64,000 bases of DNA. It comes from Nanobdellota archaeon. Its GTDB lineage: Archaea; Nanobdellota; Nanobdellia; Pacearchaeales; GW2011-AR1. Position 1 is the stretch's first letter. Every line of letters starts with the position of its first letter. The stretch is from contig JBBSXO010000006.1 of NCBI GenBank assembly GCA_038045705.1, positions 52,996-116,995 on the forward strand, read 5' to 3'. A program made the translations under genes and the position numbers. Below, piece after piece: positions 61,448 to 64,000 of this stretch. The notes beneath the pieces are model-generated. The model searched no databases. It had not been told where the DNA came from and was given only the letters and a program-made list of their open reading frames with translations.

Positions 61448-62814
61448 TATCCCTCCAAATCCCTTACTGTATCAAGGAATATAGGATGTCCTTTTCCATC
61501 TTCTGCATATTGTCTTGCTTCCTTCAAAGCGTCGGCTACCTTACCATGACCAGCAAGATCTAAAACTCTTTGATAATGTTCTCTGCTTTCTACAAATCTT
61601 TTCTTTACACCAGGCACTTCAGGAGTTCCATCATTTAGTAAAGTTTTAGCCATATACAATGGTAAAGGATCTGTTCTAGTATGATCTCTAAATTTACTCT
61701 GTGCATCATCTGTCCAGTTAATTCTATGCCATAAAACATACGGAGCTACTTGAAGAACGTGCTCAAGGTCAACTTCATCTTTTCCTTGTAACCAAGCCAA
61801 AGATTTTGCGTAACGCACTAAAGATTTTTCTTTTCTTCTGCTACCGCTTCCAGTTAAAAGAGCTCCTAAATATAATCCATTTTCAGTAGATATCGGGTCA
61901 ACGCTTCTCTTTTCTCCAAATTTAGGAGTAACGTTCATCTCAGCAGCCAAAAATGCAAAATATTGCTCTGCATCTCTACTAAATGGAATCTTCTTTATTT
62001 CTTCTTCAGCACGTGCTCTTTCTTGTGCTGTGAAAATCGGGAAACCAGTTTTTCCTAATTCTCTTTGGTGTTCGGCTACAATTCCTTCCAGTTCCTTAGT
62101 AACTTCAGCGTAAGGTTTTCCTGAGCCTAATAGTGTCAAAGCACGGTTTGTAAGTTCCGGGTTAGTTAAAAGTTCATCACGTTCATTTCCGTAATCCTGA
62201 GCAATATGAACTACGCTAGCTACACCAGGAAACTTTGCTTCTACAGCTACATCAAATCTATCTAAGATAGGAGGAATTAAGTGATTGTTACCTCTATCTG
62301 CATAATTACAAGTTGCGAAAAATGGCTGCTTTCCAGTTGATATAAATCCGTTAAGGTAATCCCATTGTCCTCTGTCAAGACCGTCTAAAACTACTGCCTG
62401 GTTTGCTTCAGGAACTCTGTTAAATTCATCGAATACTTTTGGCCCAACTAAGACAAAATTTTGCCATACAACTTCTTCTTCACCCTTATGCATCTTACCA
62501 TAGTGAGGTCTACCTACCATTTTTTCATGCGTAAGTTGAGGATGACCTCTAAGTTGAACTCTCTTCACTAAATCAAGAGGTAACCCATTAAAAGTAGAAT
62601 TAAGATATTCTGCTGAAGTAGTCTTACCTCCACCGTACTCTCCAAATAGCAATTGTCTTCCTCTGTTAAGTTCAGTCAAAGTACCGAAAAGCAAAGCTGA
62701 ATTGAATTGTTCTCCACTAGATTCAAAATCATCCCTGCAAAGATAAAAGTCGCTTCTAAGTCTACTATATACTTCTTTTACTTTATCTTGCAATGTTTGT
62801 TGTGATTTAGCCAT
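61447..62814 (-). CDS. MoxR-family AAA+ ATPase
   Basis: GEYGGGKT, FDEFNR, FATCN, ILDRF. Confidence 0.85.
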   Translation of the reverse strand: MAKSQQTLQDKVKEVYSRLRSDFYLCRDDFESSGEQFNSALLFGTLTELNRGRQLLFGEYGGGKTTSAEYLNSTFNGLPLDLVKRVQLRGHPQLTHEKMVGRPHYGKMHKGEEEVVWQNFVLVGPKVFDEFNRVPEANQAVVLDGLDRGQWDYLNGFISTGKQPFFATCNYADRGNNHLIPPILDRFDVAVEAKFPGVASVVHIAQDYGNERDELLTNPELTNRALTLLGSGKPYAEVTKELEGIVAEHQRELGKTGFPIFTAQERARAEEEIKKIPFSRDAEQYFAFLAAEMNVTPKFGEKRSVDPISTENGLYLGALLTGSGSRRKEKSLVRYAKSLAWLQGKDEVDLEHVLQVAPYVLWHRINWTDDAQSKFRDHTRTDPLPLYMAKTLLNDGTPEVPGVKKRFVESREHYQRVLDLAGHGKVADALKEARQYAEDGKGHPIFLDTVRDLEG

Positions 62815-62815
62815 T

Positions 62816-62956
62816 TTATTTTTTCTCTCCAGTTAGAAACTTATTAAGTCCATAGTCTACCAAATGAGACTTATTCCTAAAAGTATTCCCCTTTAGAGCT
62901 TCCTCTATCATTTTAAGTGTTTCTTCCTCAATTGTTACGCTGAGTTTCTGTTTCAT
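62816..62956 (-). CDS. Ribbon-helix-helix regulator heading the DGR target operon (46 aa, not in ORF track)
   Basis: Own translation MKQKLSVTIEEETLKMIEEALKGNTFRNKSHLVDYGLNKFLTGEKK. Confidence 0.75.
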   Translation of the reverse strand: MKQKLSVTIEEETLKMIEEALKGNTFRNKSHLVDYGLNKFLTGEKK

Positions 62957-63280
62957 ATGATAAAGTGGGATATTATACCCTATTTAAATCTTTCTCTTGT
63001 TGTAACTATATAGTAACATACTAAAGAATACTATAGAGAACAATTAATCATAAAAACGAACTTTTTCAATCTCTATCGCCCTAGCTATAATGCTTAGAGA
63101 TCTATTGTCCCACAATAGGTTTGTGACGAGTAGTTATAACGGGCTACACGCTTATCTGTAATTTGCAGTTAAATCTGTATAAAATACAGCGATGATAGTT
63201 AGTAGCTATAAAAGGAGCTTGGGAAACCCTTTCGCAAATACTAGAATTGCAGTGAGAAAATGATTATGGATAAGCCCGCT

Positions 63281-63361
63281 AGAGTGCTCATTCGCAACAG
63301 GAATTTGAATCTGAACGCTAGGAACAGGAATCTGACTAACGATAATGCGAATGGTCGAATA
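63281..63361 (+). repeat. DGR template repeat (TR)
   Basis: AAC/AAT-rich 81-mer matching three VRs except at adenines; immediately upstream of the RT. Confidence 0.95.
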
Positions 63362-63383
63362 GCTTGGGCTAGGGCTTATTAAT

Positions 63384-63956
63384 ATGAAAACCTACAAAAA
63401 CTTGTACCTCAAATTATGTTCTTATGCCAATATTAGAAGAGCTTTTATGAAAGCAAGAAAGAACAAAACATCTAAGTTTTATGTAAAATTATTTGAAGCA
63501 GATCTTGAAAATAATCTACAAGAAATTAAAAGAGAATTAGAATTACAAACTTATGAACCCCACCCCCTAAAGAAATTTATTATTAGAGATCCTAAAACAA
63601 GAGTTATTAGAAAGTCTATTTTTAAGGATAGGATCGTTCATCATACAATAGTTAACATTTTAGAACCAATATATGAAAAGATATTCATTTTTGATAATTA
63701 TGCAAATCGTAGAACTAAAGGCACTCTTGCTGCCTTAGAAAGGTTCTCGTCATTCAAGAGGAAAGTTACTAAAAATGGAAAATTAGTAAAAAATGCATTT
63801 GACAAAAATAGCGTTGTAGGATATGCATTTAAGGCAGATATTAAGCATTTCTTTGATTCTGTAGATCATAATATGATTCTTTATCTCTTAGAAAAAAAGA
63901 TAAAAGATAAAAAAGTGATGGGTCTAATCTATAAGATAATAAAAAATGGTGATTGA
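63384..63956 (+). pseudogene. DGR reverse transcriptase, C-terminally truncated (190 aa)
   Basis: RDPKTRVI, FKDRIVHH, KGT, KADIKHFFDSVDH; stops before the G-x-P-x-G and YxDD motifs. Confidence 0.8.
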
Positions 63957-64000
63957 GGCATTTACGGACTAAAAAAGCTTATATTTGAGCTAAACTACGA

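Larger units (their letters stand above)
42258..64000. mobile_element. Second tandem integrative element (right end not seen in window)
   Basis: att core plus arm, paralogous integrase, RM and DGR cargo; extent to the window end is inferred. Confidence 0.7.

Noticed and set aside
63384-63956. Group II intron or retron RT
   Set aside because: The adjacent TR with adenine-specific mismatches to three VRs identifies a DGR
1-64000. CRISPR array or cas genes
   Set aside because: No regularly spaced repeats seen; the 81-bp repeats are DGR TR/VRs

Overview
AT-rich archaeal window; uS10 and gene content suggest a DPANN lineage such as Pacearchaeota/Woesearchaeota (inference). Bases 1-12.5 kb hold ordinary host genes: uS10, a P-type ATPase, MazEF, a Kef antiporter, TrhO and a cupredoxin. 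Everything after tRNA-Asp(GTC) at 12517-12588 is accessory DNA. Element 1 (about 12590-42257) is bounded by a 13-bp direct repeat of the tRNA 3' end and by terminal inverted arms. It carries a tyrosine integrase, an MT-A70 methylase, a minimal pilin/VirB6/VirB3/VirB4 module, large secreted proteins, a radical-SAM/nucleotide-enzyme cluster and defence-like genes. Element 2 starts at the same att core with a paralogous integrase and an extra inverted attP-like site. It carries a type I RM locus with inserted HEPN/Mrr-like genes, a second radical-SAM cluster, and the highlight of the window: a diversity-generating retroelement. Its 81-bp template repeat (63281-63361) differs only at adenines from three variable repeats in three target genes. 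These targets are interleaved with a MoxR AAA+ ATPase and a HExxH-VWA protein in one tightly coupled operon. The targets and a fourth protein share an N-terminal N-x-R-[FL]-x-x-L-A-x-R motif. The DGR RT ORF stops before its catalytic motifs and no avd gene is visible. All calls are by eye from motifs; no database searches were run.
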